A stretch of DNA of 64,000 nt from Desulfurococcaceae archaeon (lineage in GTDB: Archaea > Thermoproteota > Thermoprotei_A > Sulfolobales > Desulfurococcaceae): NCBI GenBank assembly GCA_038888155.1, contig JAWAJB010000002.1, positions 64,001-128,000 of the forward strand. Direction: 5' to 3'. The notes below the pieces were generated by a model that worked only from the letters and a program-made list of their open reading frames with translations, was not told the DNA's origin and searched no databases. A program made the position numbers and the translations under genes. This document shows positions 1-9,842 of this stretch, piece by piece. Numbering within the stretch: position 1 is the stretch's first letter; each line of letters begins with the position of its first letter.

Positions 1-1
1 A

Positions 2-1069
2 TTGGGTGAATATATTAGTGGAGATGTATTAGCGGATTTATCAACTATAGCTTTGTTTAACTCAAATAGCTTAGTAGTAGTTAAAAACAGCGACAAGGCT
101 GTGAGAGAAGACAAGGTGTTAACATTAGATGAAATAATATCCAAGGACATTGAAGTAGTAGTAAATACACCTGGTAAAGAAGAGTTGAGAGGAAGGGAAA
201 TAACCCTTTCCTATCCGTGGGGCTTCACGAAATATGTTATTACTGGAAACAAATTCACTTTAAATAACATCCTGCCCGGCATTACTTATACTCTACATAT
301 ACCATCGCCTGCGCCCTACATATACGACTGCGCAATGTCTTTCATACTACGGGAGAACAAGCTAGAAGTGCTCGAGTACTACAATTCAACTGTAAAAGTA
401 GATCCTACGGGCTATAGGCTAACAATCAACATGTCCTATATAGCGTATTCAGTGATGCTGACAATAATGGACAAAATATCAGAGTCTAGGCTAGCCGGTC
501 CTATCAACATATATGCCGACGGCAAAATTATAGCGGAGAACACTCGAAGCAACGAACATTCATTACAACTTGTTTACGGCTTCCACAACATTACGGTAGC
601 CCCGGCAAAAGGCTTTGAGAATACGTATCAAGCATCAACTTTGTTAATTAACGTAGCGTCGGATACTTCTGTCGTTGTAACTTTAAATAGGAAAATGCAC
701 AGCTTAATGCTAACAGTAGTAGAACAAGGCCAATCCATCAGCAATGTAGCTGTGTACATTTACAGCTTTGAGACTGGTAAGCTAGTCACCGTTCTTTCGA
801 CAGACGCCGATGGAGTCGTAAGGACAACCATTCCGTATGGTGTCTACAGGATAGTATTTAGCCACGATAAATACAACGAAGAGGTGGTCGTGCTAGCAGT
901 GGATAAAAGCGTGAGCGATACAATTTCGCTAACTCCTACCACGTACACTTTGATGTGGAGATATATCCCAATAGTCGGAGGCCTTATTGCCGTTGGTGTT
1001 GGCATATACATTGTCTTAAAGATAAGGGTCATCATAGCTAGGAGAATGCTTAAGGAGGAGATATTCTGA
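2..1069 (+). CDS. C-terminal part of a large membrane-anchored surface protein with beta-rich (PEGA/carboxypeptidase-regulatory-like) modules; 5'-partial
   Basis: Open from the window edge; repeated beta-rich modules (TDADG..IPYGVYRIVFS, LVYGFHNITV); many N-x-S/T sequons; C-terminal TM helix followed by a basic tail. Confidence 0.6.
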   Translation: MGEYISGDVLADLSTIALFNSNSLVVVKNSDKAVREDKVLTLDEIISKDIEVVVNTPGKEELRGREITLSYPWGFTKYVITGNKFTLNNILPGITYTLHIPSPAPYIYDCAMSFILRENKLEVLEYYNSTVKVDPTGYRLTINMSYIAYSVMLTIMDKISESRLAGPINIYADGKIIAENTRSNEHSLQLVYGFHNITVAPAKGFENTYQASTLLINVASDTSVVVTLNRKMHSLMLTVVEQGQSISNVAVYIYSFETGKLVTVLSTDADGVVRTTIPYGVYRIVFSHDKYNEEVVVLAVDKSVSDTISLTPTTYTLMWRYIPIVGGLIAVGVGIYIVLKIRVIIARRMLKEEIF

Positions 1070-1134
1070 GGCAATCTCACTAGGGGAAATTAAAAATAAA
1101 TTTTTCAACTAAGATCGTTTTATTTTTGCTTAAA

Positions 1135-1563
1135 TTAAGCGAACTTAAGAATTACATTCTTTGGTAAATCATCAACGAAGACGACTATAATCCTTAACCC
1201 GCCATTGCCCACTCCGCTTAGAACCTCAAGATCCTTTCTGATAGCAGTTAGTGTGGTTATCTTGTTGTTTAGGGCCTCGACTGCTGTCTCAAGTGATGAA
1301 AGCTCCTGCTGTGGAAATGGGTTCACAAGTACTTTTACGCTACGCAGATCCACAATGTTCGTAGTTGTGCCCGCCGGCATTCCCAGCTTGCTCAGAACGC
1401 TTTTAAGTTTGGTCTCTTGCTCGCTCTTAACTCTCAGCTCCTCTATTCTCCTTAGAAGCTCTCCTAGTATTTTGCGGTAATCTGCTATTAAGTCGTCTAA
1501 GCTCTTCAGTAGCTCACCTACGCTTAGAAACTCCTTGGTAATTATAGACAACTTGATCTTCAC
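1135..1563 (-). CDS. Hypothetical coiled-coil protein
   Basis: 142-aa ORF with two long heptad-like helices; T-rich tract downstream. Confidence 0.6.
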   Translation of the reverse strand: MKIKLSIITKEFLSVGELLKSLDDLIADYRKILGELLRRIEELRVKSEQETKLKSVLSKLGMPAGTTTNIVDLRSVKVLVNPFPQQELSSLETAVEALNNKITTLTAIRKDLEVLSGVGNGGLRIIVVFVDDLPKNVILKFA

Positions 1564-1723
1564 CCCAAATTACTCAATCTTATGGTTATTAATATAAATT
1601 GTTTAGCCTATAAAAGTTTGCTGTTCTTTGTGAAGACCCTACATTATTACCCAAGCTAAGCAAATTCGGTTATTTGCTGTCCGCATTATTTTTAGGGCTT
1701 TTGTTTTTTTATTAATTTGAGGA

Positions 1724-2566
1724 ATGAGAGGGATGTTTATAGGAGCTATTAAGCCAGTCGAGTCGGGCAAAGCAAAGGATAAGACTCTGTCAAGTGTCAT
1801 AGCGGATTGTTTAGCTAAGAACTTCACGGGCTACGTGGCTTATAGAAATGAAAATGCGGGGCTGTCCTTGTACGTCCTAGTAATTGATGGCAATATTGAG
1901 GCATGTAGGTCTAGGGATAAGGACTCAATTCATGAGGGTGGAGATTGTATTGAAGTAGCTCTGAAATTCCTCGGCGACCGTGAAGGAGAGGTAGAGATTT
2001 TTAGCTCAGATAAGAAAATTGCATTGGTAGATCTTGCTTTGTTTCCTCGGTCTAGAGTTGAAGACAGTACAGTGCTTCTAAACAGCTTGGGCGTGGCAGT
2101 TAAGCCCGCTCATGAGGCGGAGAAGCCATCGATTGTTGGTGGGGAGATTACCCCTATTAGTGTGCCCTTGTCAGAGTTAAGCGCTAGGAAAGATTTCATT
2201 TCTGGGATTAAGTTCCTCGATGAATGCGTAGACCCAGTAATATTGTACAGCCTCTTAAAGCGTTCAACCCTATTTGAGTACGCCCAAGGAGAGTTGTCGT
2301 TAGGGGACATATTAAAGAAAGTAATCGATATCAAACAGAGAGAGAAGGCAATATATATTTACATAAGCGGCAGTGTTAATGGATCAGCTCTTAGGATTGT
2401 GTATGATAATAACGCAAATACATTAAATATAGAGCTCGTTGAGGAGGGAATTGCTAAATGCGGTAGATCAGCGATAAACGAGGTAGGTAGCTCACGCATT
2501 TTAAATACAAAGATATGGATTGTCTCGCGACCCCATCAGCCCGATAACTTATACGGCTTTCTCTAG
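1724..2566 (+). CDS. Hypothetical protein, N-terminus DUF2226-like
   Basis: 280-aa ORF; FTGYV...YVLVIDGNIEAC segment recalls DUF2226 (weak). Confidence 0.5.
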   Translation: MRGMFIGAIKPVESGKAKDKTLSSVIADCLAKNFTGYVAYRNENAGLSLYVLVIDGNIEACRSRDKDSIHEGGDCIEVALKFLGDREGEVEIFSSDKKIALVDLALFPRSRVEDSTVLLNSLGVAVKPAHEAEKPSIVGGEITPISVPLSELSARKDFISGIKFLDECVDPVILYSLLKRSTLFEYAQGELSLGDILKKVIDIKQREKAIYIYISGSVNGSALRIVYDNNANTLNIELVEEGIAKCGRSAINEVGSSRILNTKIWIVSRPHQPDNLYGFL

Positions 2567-2743
2567 CTCTACTCACGTGAGTAGAGATTCAGTGCCAATA
2601 AATACCTTTGGAGATAAAGCGGCGAGGTTAATAAAGCGGCCAAAAATTTCTTTGAAGTTGAGCAATGTAGCCCATCTTTTGTTCTTGACAGCCATTTCAT
2701 TGCGCGGTATTAAGGGGATTGATAGCTAACGCCTTAACAGCCT

Positions 2744-3271
2744 TTACCTAGGAGTGATGTTAAACCCGGCATCTATTATGGCCTTAGCGGCTATTCTAGC
2801 TGCTACCGCGATAACTTCGGAGCATTTATCTCTATTACCGCTTGATGAAAACTCCTCTCGCTCCTTTGGGTTCCTCAAATCGTAGTGCCTACCAAATAAT
2901 CTTACTTGTATGTCTCGGCATCTCACGCTACCGTATAAGTTCTTGAATTCATCGAAAACCTTGGTACCTACCTCTAATGCCTTGCTGTACTTTGGGGAGT
3001 CATTCGCAGGCTCGAGCCTGTCCCGGCCGAACACAAGGCTAACAGCCATAAGTGCCCCTAGTAGAGCACCGCAAACTTCGCCTCCCCTAGCTACGCCGCC
3101 AGCTAGTGCGGATGCTGCTTTAAAGGCCCCGCCGTCTTCTAGCCCCAAAGAGTCTTGGAGGGCCTTTAGCGACATTTGTGAGCATCCATGATACTTAATT
3201 CCCAGCTCTTTCGCGTAGGACTCAACTTTATCTAGATCTAGGATCGATTTATCGGCATCCAATAGACTCAC
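2744..3271 (-). CDS. C_GCAxxG_C_C family putative redox-active protein
   Basis: HGCSQ, GGVARGGEVCGALLG, GSVRCRDI and DKCSEV cysteine pattern. Confidence 0.85.
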   Translation of the reverse strand: MSLLDADKSILDLDKVESYAKELGIKYHGCSQMSLKALQDSLGLEDGGAFKAASALAGGVARGGEVCGALLGALMAVSLVFGRDRLEPANDSPKYSKALEVGTKVFDEFKNLYGSVRCRDIQVRLFGRHYDLRNPKEREEFSSSGNRDKCSEVIAVAARIAAKAIIDAGFNITPR

Positions 3272-3696
3272 CGTGTAGTAAATCAGGAAATGAGCCTATA
3301 TTAATTAATGGTTTAGATAGGTCATTAGATAAAAAGTTGAAACATTTCACATAGTAATACACATCTCTAGTAAACTTGCTAAACTAAATGATGCACCTCG
3401 CTTAAGCGTGATCGATGTAAGCCATTCATTGGCACCTAGGGCTCTTTGTTGCCAGCAACTTCATTACCATTCTCATTAGGCTTGTTTAGCATGTAACACT
3501 TACCGCCTCTCTACTCAATTGAGGACGTGTTAAGGCTTGAAAAGACAATCGCTTAATTTAGCTCTTAGCTAAATTTTTTAGGATTTTATAAACTAATCCC
3601 TAGGAATTCCGCATACCGCGAAATTTAAGTATAGCTGACCCCTTTAAACTGCAGTGAAGATTAAATGAGCGAATATAAAAAACTACATAGTCTGGA

Positions 3697-4920
3697 CTAC
3701 TTCTCTACTATCTCTAGCCGCTTTATCTTAATGCCCCTCTTCTCTAACTCGCCCTGGAGCGCGCTAAGCGGCACATCTGTGCCCGGGAACAGTATCCCCC
3801 TCTTGCTTATATCCCCCCTTAAGATCATCTGCGCCCCAACGCTAGCAGTAAAGCCAGTTGTCCTCTGCATTGCAGTGAACCCAGTCTCGAGGTCCCTGTA
3901 GTCTAAGAGCTGGTAAACTACTCTAGCGTACTTGCCTCCCTTAACCCCTCGAGCGTCGACGCGAACTAGCGCTATGTCCCTCTCGCCCTCCTTTAGCTGC
4001 AGCTGGGGCTCGAGCAGAGCTGCTAGGAACTTCCTGGGGGATACAGAGGCGCTGTCTACCCTTATAGGCTCTTCGTCTAAGAAGTGAAGATCTACAAGTT
4101 TCTTCCAGAAATCGCAGTGTCCAGGCCACCTCATGCTGTATCGCCCTGCGAACTTCAGCTTGCCGAGCAACTCAAACCTCTCGGCGTACTCAGCTGCATC
4201 CCCATTAGGATAGGACTCTAGGATGCCCAGCTCTTCTACTTTCTCTTCGCGGCAGTATTCAGGGGAGAATATTTGATCCCCCGGCACGAGCTTTACTTTA
4301 CCTTCGTGTATAATACGCGCTGGTCTTACATACGCTCTGAGCACTCCCTCGAAGTGCCAAGTCACCTTGTACTTGAGCGGGTTAGTAGAAGCTGCTTGAG
4401 GGTCGGGGATCCCTGCCCCATAAGTATAGAGCTCATAAACTTCATCCAGCTCTTTAATGGCTTGACCTGTTAGAACTAGATCTATGCCCGGGTCTAGGCC
4501 GAACTCAGGCAAAGCAGTTACCTGTCTCTTCTTGGCTATCTCATCCAATCGCCTAACCTCTTCCCTGAGCGCAGAGTAGCGCGGCGGGTCTGTTATCGCA
4601 CTCGGATCAAGGGCGTACATAGTGCTTACTATGTGTTTTCCATTTTCAATAGCAAGCTTGATAAATGTAAAGGTGAACTGCGGCGGCGATAAATCCACTA
4701 CTATATCTGCTTTCTTAATTAGCTCACTAATTTTTTCTGTCTCCTTAAAATCTAGCTTAATAAATGTAGCTTTATCGACTCCTAAGCCCTTCACGTATCT
4801 CTCTGCGTCATCGCTAATGTCAACCGCTGTAACCTCGCCTATAATGTTGCTCTTGAGGAGGTCCCATAAAGCTGCTTTTCCCTGCTTTCCTACACCAAGT
4901 AGTAGAGCTTTATAGCCCAC
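3697..4920 (-). CDS. Saccharopine dehydrogenase / lysine 6-dehydrogenase family oxidoreductase
   Basis: Rossmann motif LGVGKQG, FGLDPGID, NPLKYKVTW, MRWPGH, TAMQRTTGF. Confidence 0.85.
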   Translation of the reverse strand: MGYKALLLGVGKQGKAALWDLLKSNIIGEVTAVDISDDAERYVKGLGVDKATFIKLDFKETEKISELIKKADIVVDLSPPQFTFTFIKLAIENGKHIVSTMYALDPSAITDPPRYSALREEVRRLDEIAKKRQVTALPEFGLDPGIDLVLTGQAIKELDEVYELYTYGAGIPDPQAASTNPLKYKVTWHFEGVLRAYVRPARIIHEGKVKLVPGDQIFSPEYCREEKVEELGILESYPNGDAAEYAERFELLGKLKFAGRYSMRWPGHCDFWKKLVDLHFLDEEPIRVDSASVSPRKFLAALLEPQLQLKEGERDIALVRVDARGVKGGKYARVVYQLLDYRDLETGFTAMQRTTGFTASVGAQMILRGDISKRGILFPGTDVPLSALQGELEKRGIKIKRLEIVEK

Positions 4921-5125
4921 GGTTACACCTTGTGAGCATGTAAATTATACGCTGGTAAATATATTAAGCTTTATACCATCTGTCATAGCTTGTATTCATT
5001 GCCGACACACAGGATAAGAGAAGCACAAGAGAACAACTAGACCTCTTGGTGCTTTGTAGCACACTAAATTTCACTGGACTTTTTAACTACATAGCGCAAG
5101 GCTTGTGTTAAAGGCTTAAAGGAAA

Positions 5126-5857
5126 TTAAATGAGTAGTCTCTTCAAAACTAGCTCGACATGAGAACCTATATCAAGCTTTAGCAAGCTCGTGGGGTCTCC
5201 AGTGCACTCCTCTATTGCACTAGAGTAAGGAATGTAGCCTATGTAAATTAAATGAAGATCACGGGCTAGCGTCTCCAATGTGCCTTGACCCATGTTTTCA
5301 AGCAGAGCTAGCTTTTTGTAGTTTGCGTTCATAAGAATTTGAATGAGTCTATAAGTGGATTTGAGGGATAGAGAGGTAGGGTTAGATACAATTATGGGTG
5401 TTATAATCCCCCGTAATTTATAGATGATCTCTAAGTGCTCGTCGCCTATTCCCGGAGGAGTGTCGATAAATAGGGCATCTAGCTCCCCCCAGTTGATAAT
5501 AGATAGCGTTTCCCACAGCGCGTTTTTGGCCGCCTTTCCCCTAAGGGCTATTGGATTGTCGCCTGTGTAAGCCACTATCGAGAAGTAAAGCATATCCCTT
5601 AATTTGTATGGGGCAACTCCACGTTCTTCTTTGTACTTTAAATCGGAAGGCTTCACGCCAAGGACTATGTGCGTAGACGGGTTGACAAAGTCTAGATCTA
5701 GCAGCCCTACTCTAAAACCGAGATAAGATGAGTATAGCGAGAGCAATACAGATGTAGTTGTTTTACCGACGCCTCCCTTACTGCTAGTAACTAGGTAAAC
5801 TCTACGGGGCTCGCTGAGGCTTTTGATTGCCCTGAGCACCCTTGGATCCTCAGGCAT
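5126..5857 (-). CDS. Mrp/MinD-family P-loop ATPase coupled to hypA (probable ATPase-type HypB)
   Basis: Deviant Walker A KGGVGKTT, DLD, DTPPG, ENM; overlaps the hypA stop; lacks the C-terminal CxxC of Fe-S carrier Mrp. Confidence 0.8.
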   Translation of the reverse strand: MPEDPRVLRAIKSLSEPRRVYLVTSSKGGVGKTTTSVLLSLYSSYLGFRVGLLDLDFVNPSTHIVLGVKPSDLKYKEERGVAPYKLRDMLYFSIVAYTGDNPIALRGKAAKNALWETLSIINWGELDALFIDTPPGIGDEHLEIIYKLRGIITPIIVSNPTSLSLKSTYRLIQILMNANYKKLALLENMGQGTLETLARDLHLIYIGYIPYSSAIEECTGDPTSLLKLDIGSHVELVLKRLLI

Positions 5858-6242
5858 AGGTCTCTACCTGTACCTCGGATAATCCCCTCCCCCTTACTAT
5901 CTCAAAGTCAATGCTATTGCAGTTTGGACACTTGAAGTACGCGTATACAGCTTCAGGTAAGAAGTGTATCGCTTCGCGTATATTCTCCTCTATCTCTTGG
6001 ATCTCAACTTTCCACTCGTACCTGCACGCATTGCACTTAAGTAGCAGAGGCTCATCGACTAATTCAACGTCCTCGATGTCTATACCCCTTTCCTTGCTCA
6101 GTTCTCTAATTGCAAATGCGAGTATGTCCTTGTCTATTGATTGAAGGGCCCCCAGCCTTATGGTCAACCTCTTTATTTTTTTCTCCTTTCTTTCATGAAC
6201 GAGGAGCACGATTCCCTCGGCCAAACTCCACTCGTGGACCAA
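5850..6242 (-). CDS. hypA: Hydrogenase nickel incorporation protein HypA
   Basis: N-terminal (M)HEWSLA, two CxxC motifs (CNAC, CPNC), insertion EAIHFLPEAV, FEIVRGRG. Confidence 0.93.
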   Translation of the reverse strand: MVHEWSLAEGIVLLVHERKEKKIKRLTIRLGALQSIDKDILAFAIRELSKERGIDIEDVELVDEPLLLKCNACRYEWKVEIQEIEENIREAIHFLPEAVYAYFKCPNCNSIDFEIVRGRGLSEVQVETYA

Positions 6243-6303
6243 CTCGATTTCACCAATCTATTTAAAGTACGCGCTTTTTGTTATAAATATGGGGTGTTAT
6301 AGC

Positions 6304-7590
6304 GTGTCGCAACAGGCGAAGAGTAGCCGCATTGAGGGTTTTTACAAGCTTCCACTAGAGGAAAGGCTGAAAATTGTAGCTGAATGGGCTGGGTTAACGC
6401 GGGATGAAGTTGATACCTTAGTAAAATTTGGGAGTTTACCGCGCGAAATAGGCGAGAGAATGATTGAAAATGTAGTGGGAAGTATGGCCTATCCTTTTGC
6501 GGTCGCAGTAAATTTCCTTATTAATGGAAAAGATTACCTCGTTCCTATGGTTATAGAGGAGACAAGCGTAGTAGCCGCAGCAAGCAACGCCGCAAGAATG
6601 CTCAGGCACGGCAGGGGCATATACGCCGAGGCAGGTCCACAGGAGATGATCGGCCAAGTACACTTGGTCAAGGTTAACGCGCCATACGCAAAAGTATCCC
6701 GTTTATTGGAGCAGAAAAAGGAAATACTTGATTACGCTACGCAGCAAGATCCCGTTTTAGTCAAATTAGGCGGCGGTCCAAGAGACCTCGAAATAAGGGT
6801 TGTTGAGACTAAGGGGGGGCCAGTTATAGTTGTTCACCTCATAGTAGACGTGAGAGACGCTATGGGGGCAAACACCGTTAACACAATGGTTGAGGCCATT
6901 GCACCGCTACTTGAGAAGATTACAGGGGGAGAGGCAAGGCTCAGGATTATATCAAATTACGCGACCAGGCGTCTAGTTAAAGCTTGGGCGAGAACGCCAG
7001 CTGAAAACGTTGGGGGAATGAATATAGCCAAGAGAATAGAGGAAGCATCTATACTCGCTGAAGCCGACCCGTATAGAGCTGTTACCCACAACAAGGGCAT
7101 TATGAACGGTATTATAGCCGTATCGCTAGCCACAGCCCAGGATCATAGGGCAATAGAGGCAGGCGCCCACGCGTATGCGTGTAGAACCGGTATATATAGG
7201 CCTTTAACTACTTGGGAAGTCGACGAAGAGGGATTCCTAAACGGATACTTAGAGTTACCATTGCAGATAGGTATTGTCGGAGGGGCAACGAGAGTTCACC
7301 CTGTAGCTAAAATCGCCTTAAAGATCCTGGGAGTTACAAGCGCAAAGGAACTAGCAGAAGTAATGGGAGCCGTTGGCTTAGCTCAAAACCTCGCTGCAGT
7401 AAGGGCGCTTGTCACCGAGGGAATTCAGCGTGGCCACATGAGGTTACATGCCAAGAACCTTGCTATCATGGCAGGGGCAAGCGGAGACCTCGTGGACAAG
7501 GTAGCTGAGAGAATGATTAGAGATGGAAGGATAAGATTTGACTACGCTAAGGAGTTACTGGAGAGAGCTCACAGAGGCGAGTCAATTTAA
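6304..7590 (+). CDS. mvaA: HMG-CoA reductase, class II (bacterial-type)
   Basis: SRIEGFYKL, MIENVVG, EETSVVAAAS, DAMGANTVN, THNKGIMNGI, EGIQRGHMRLH; GTG at 6304 chosen as start (ORF opens at 6289). Confidence 0.93.
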   Translation: MSQQAKSSRIEGFYKLPLEERLKIVAEWAGLTRDEVDTLVKFGSLPREIGERMIENVVGSMAYPFAVAVNFLINGKDYLVPMVIEETSVVAAASNAARMLRHGRGIYAEAGPQEMIGQVHLVKVNAPYAKVSRLLEQKKEILDYATQQDPVLVKLGGGPRDLEIRVVETKGGPVIVVHLIVDVRDAMGANTVNTMVEAIAPLLEKITGGEARLRIISNYATRRLVKAWARTPAENVGGMNIAKRIEEASILAEADPYRAVTHNKGIMNGIIAVSLATAQDHRAIEAGAHAYACRTGIYRPLTTWEVDEEGFLNGYLELPLQIGIVGGATRVHPVAKIALKILGVTSAKELAEVMGAVGLAQNLAAVRALVTEGIQRGHMRLHAKNLAIMAGASGDLVDKVAERMIRDGRIRFDYAKELLERAHRGESI

Positions 7591-7634
7591 CTGATCGAGC
7601 TGCGCGGTAATTAGCTGCTCTACGATAAATCAAC

Positions 7635-8600
7635 TCAAGTCGCAATTGTAATGGCTAAGGCTATTGTGCAAACAATTACCTGAAGAATGTTGATCACATT
7701 CACAACGTCTTTTTCATAGCACCTGCTTTTTATGGTTATTGACAGCTTTATAGCCCAGTGCGTTAAGCTATAGGACTTGCCGTAAGGGGGTAGCAAACTA
7801 CCATCTATTTGGGCTATACCGAAATTTTCTTTATATACCTTATTCAGAAGTCCCCGGACAAACAACAGTAACTCAACAAAGTACAGCGTAAACGTGTATA
7901 TGGCGAACTTCTCGAAGTTCCAGTATATGGCCAGTGAAGCGTAGAATGCGCCAATGCCATATGTGAATGCGTTGCCCGGGAAAACCTTAGCGGGATATTT
8001 GTTGTAGCGTAAGTAAAATATCAAAATTGAAGCCATAGTGGGAAGTATTATGTAGATAATGTCTGTAAACCCCTTTAACACAGACAATAGTGTAGCATAA
8101 AATAGAATGATCAACCCTTGGCGAGCCTCTAAGCCGTTGTAGCCGGCTATCATGTTAAATGCGTTACTTGCCCCCAGAACACCTACGGGCACAACTAAAG
8201 CTGAATACAATACTCCAAGGTCCAATACACCAAGCAATGGCAGCTCTACCACACTGTACCCTGCTTTGACAGCCATTAATGGGAGAGATATCGGGATAGT
8301 GAATAAGATCCTCTTAGCTGGGGAAATGCCTTTTTTCCAACCCAGGAAGTCATCGAAGTAACCTATGAGTCCAGCCAAGATAAGCGTGAGGGCTATTGAT
8401 AACTGCGGTATAGCATCAGACGCTCTGTCTAAGTAGTTATCTATGGCTATATAGAGGAGTATTCCAAAAGTTGACGCCAATATAACCCAAAGCCCCCCAG
8501 CTTCGGCTGCCGTGTAGTTTCCAGGCTTGTTCATATCTCTACCTACTAGCCCCATTTTAGGAGCTATCTTAGTCCACCAATCTAGTAAGAGAGTAGACAC
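7635..8600 (-). CDS. UDP-GlcNAc:polyprenyl-phosphate GlcNAc-1-phosphate transferase (MraY/Alg7/AglH family)
   Basis: DMNKP, EAGG, GYFDD, NAFNMIAGYNGLE, YNKYPAKVFPGN; multi-TM; true start may be further upstream (see findings). Confidence 0.88.
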   Translation of the reverse strand: MSTLLLDWWTKIAPKMGLVGRDMNKPGNYTAAEAGGLWVILASTFGILLYIAIDNYLDRASDAIPQLSIALTLILAGLIGYFDDFLGWKKGISPAKRILFTIPISLPLMAVKAGYSVVELPLLGVLDLGVLYSALVVPVGVLGASNAFNMIAGYNGLEARQGLIILFYATLLSVLKGFTDIIYIILPTMASILIFYLRYNKYPAKVFPGNAFTYGIGAFYASLAIYWNFEKFAIYTFTLYFVELLLFVRGLLNKVYKENFGIAQIDGSLLPPYGKSYSLTHWAIKLSITIKSRCYEKDVVNVINILQVIVCTIALAITIAT

Positions 8601-8644
8601 TACTAAGCTGGATATTAACGGAAAAGCTACTTTGACAACATAAC

Positions 8645-9361
8645 CTATCGTACTTCTTCACCCCTATCACACCACCTCGTATTGAAAATAGCGTAGATCT
8701 CCTGTGCTCTTTTATGACCTATACCCTCAACGCTCATTAAGTCCTGTATAGATGCGTTGGCCAGGTTTTTAATTGTATTAAATTTGTTGAGTAACCTTCT
8801 AGCTAGAACTGGTCCCACAATTCCCTCAGCTACATAAAGCACTCTATCCTCAATGTCATTCGGCTTCTTTTCAACCCTCATGCGCAAAAATTTCTTCTCT
8901 TCTGTGGGGCCTAAGCTCTTAGCCTTTGTAATAATCCACGCTACTGTCGCGTCTTTATGAGGTGTGTAAATCACTGGTAAGTTTAGATCAAGAATTAACG
9001 TGTCTAATACGCGCAAAACGCTTTGAATTCTCCAGCGGCGTTGTTCCTCTACCCTTTCGAGCGATCCCTCAAGCAATATTACTGCCTTGTGGCCGTCTTT
9101 CTCAGCTGACTCCCTAAGCAACCTACTTTGTTCCCACAACCTATTGTCTCTAATGCTGTTAACAAAGTCATTGACTGTTTTTCTCTCAATCAGCAAAGAG
9201 GACTTTCCGGGAGGCGCCAGCAAGAGGAAATCTCCTGCAGGTAGCTCCCTCAATGAAACCTTCAAGCCGTTTCTTGTAAAAATTAGCCTGAACTCTGGGT
9301 GGGAAGCATCTTCCCTACTATCGATGACAAGATCAACGGGGACAAGCAATTTGGTGGACAT
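8645..9361 (-). CDS. xpf: Crenarchaeal XPF/ERCC4 structure-specific endonuclease
   Basis: DSRE, GDF, IERKTVNDFVNS nuclease motif; C-terminal tandem HhH (GIVGPVLA, VEGIG). Confidence 0.92.
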   Translation of the reverse strand: MSTKLLVPVDLVIDSREDASHPEFRLIFTRNGLKVSLRELPAGDFLLLAPPGKSSLLIERKTVNDFVNSIRDNRLWEQSRLLRESAEKDGHKAVILLEGSLERVEEQRRWRIQSVLRVLDTLILDLNLPVIYTPHKDATVAWIITKAKSLGPTEEKKFLRMRVEKKPNDIEDRVLYVAEGIVGPVLARRLLNKFNTIKNLANASIQDLMSVEGIGHKRAQEIYAIFNTRWCDRGEEVR

Positions 9362-9362
9362 T

Positions 9363-9842
9363 TTAAACCCTCTCCACTAGCTCTTTAGCCATTAAGTAAG
9401 CATCTCGGCATCCATAATACCCTCTAATAAAGCCTACAATCCTAAATCCAAATTTTAAGTACATTCTTATAGCTGGCTTGTTGCCGACCATTACCTCGAG
9501 AATGGCTCTTTTAGCGCCCCTCCTACAGCACTCTGATAGGCAGTCCTTTAAGAGAAGAGAGCCAAGACCTCTATTCCTGTATTCTGGCAGGATAGCAATT
9601 GATACAATGTGACATGTAGAGTTTTCAACGTCCGCTATGGAGTAGCCCACGATATTGCCTTCGCATAATATAGTTCTGAATATAGCCTTTCTCTCAACAT
9701 ACTCTAAGAAGACAAGCTCGCTGTACTGCATTTTTGGCTCAAAGCACAATCCCTCAATTGACATTATCTCTGATAAATTCTGCACGTTGAAATTTTTGAT
9801 CTCAACATTACTACACGGAGGGTGCTCTACCATAAACTTCAA
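9363..9842 (-). CDS. RimI/Ard1-like GNAT N-acetyltransferase
   Basis: HIVSIAILPEYRNRGLGSLL, LEV..N..AI.MY.KFGF, YY...DAYLM. Confidence 0.88.
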   Translation of the reverse strand: MKFMVEHPPCSNVEIKNFNVQNLSEIMSIEGLCFEPKMQYSELVFLEYVERKAIFRTILCEGNIVGYSIADVENSTCHIVSIAILPEYRNRGLGSLLLKDCLSECCRRGAKRAILEVMVGNKPAIRMYLKFGFRIVGFIRGYYGCRDAYLMAKELVERV

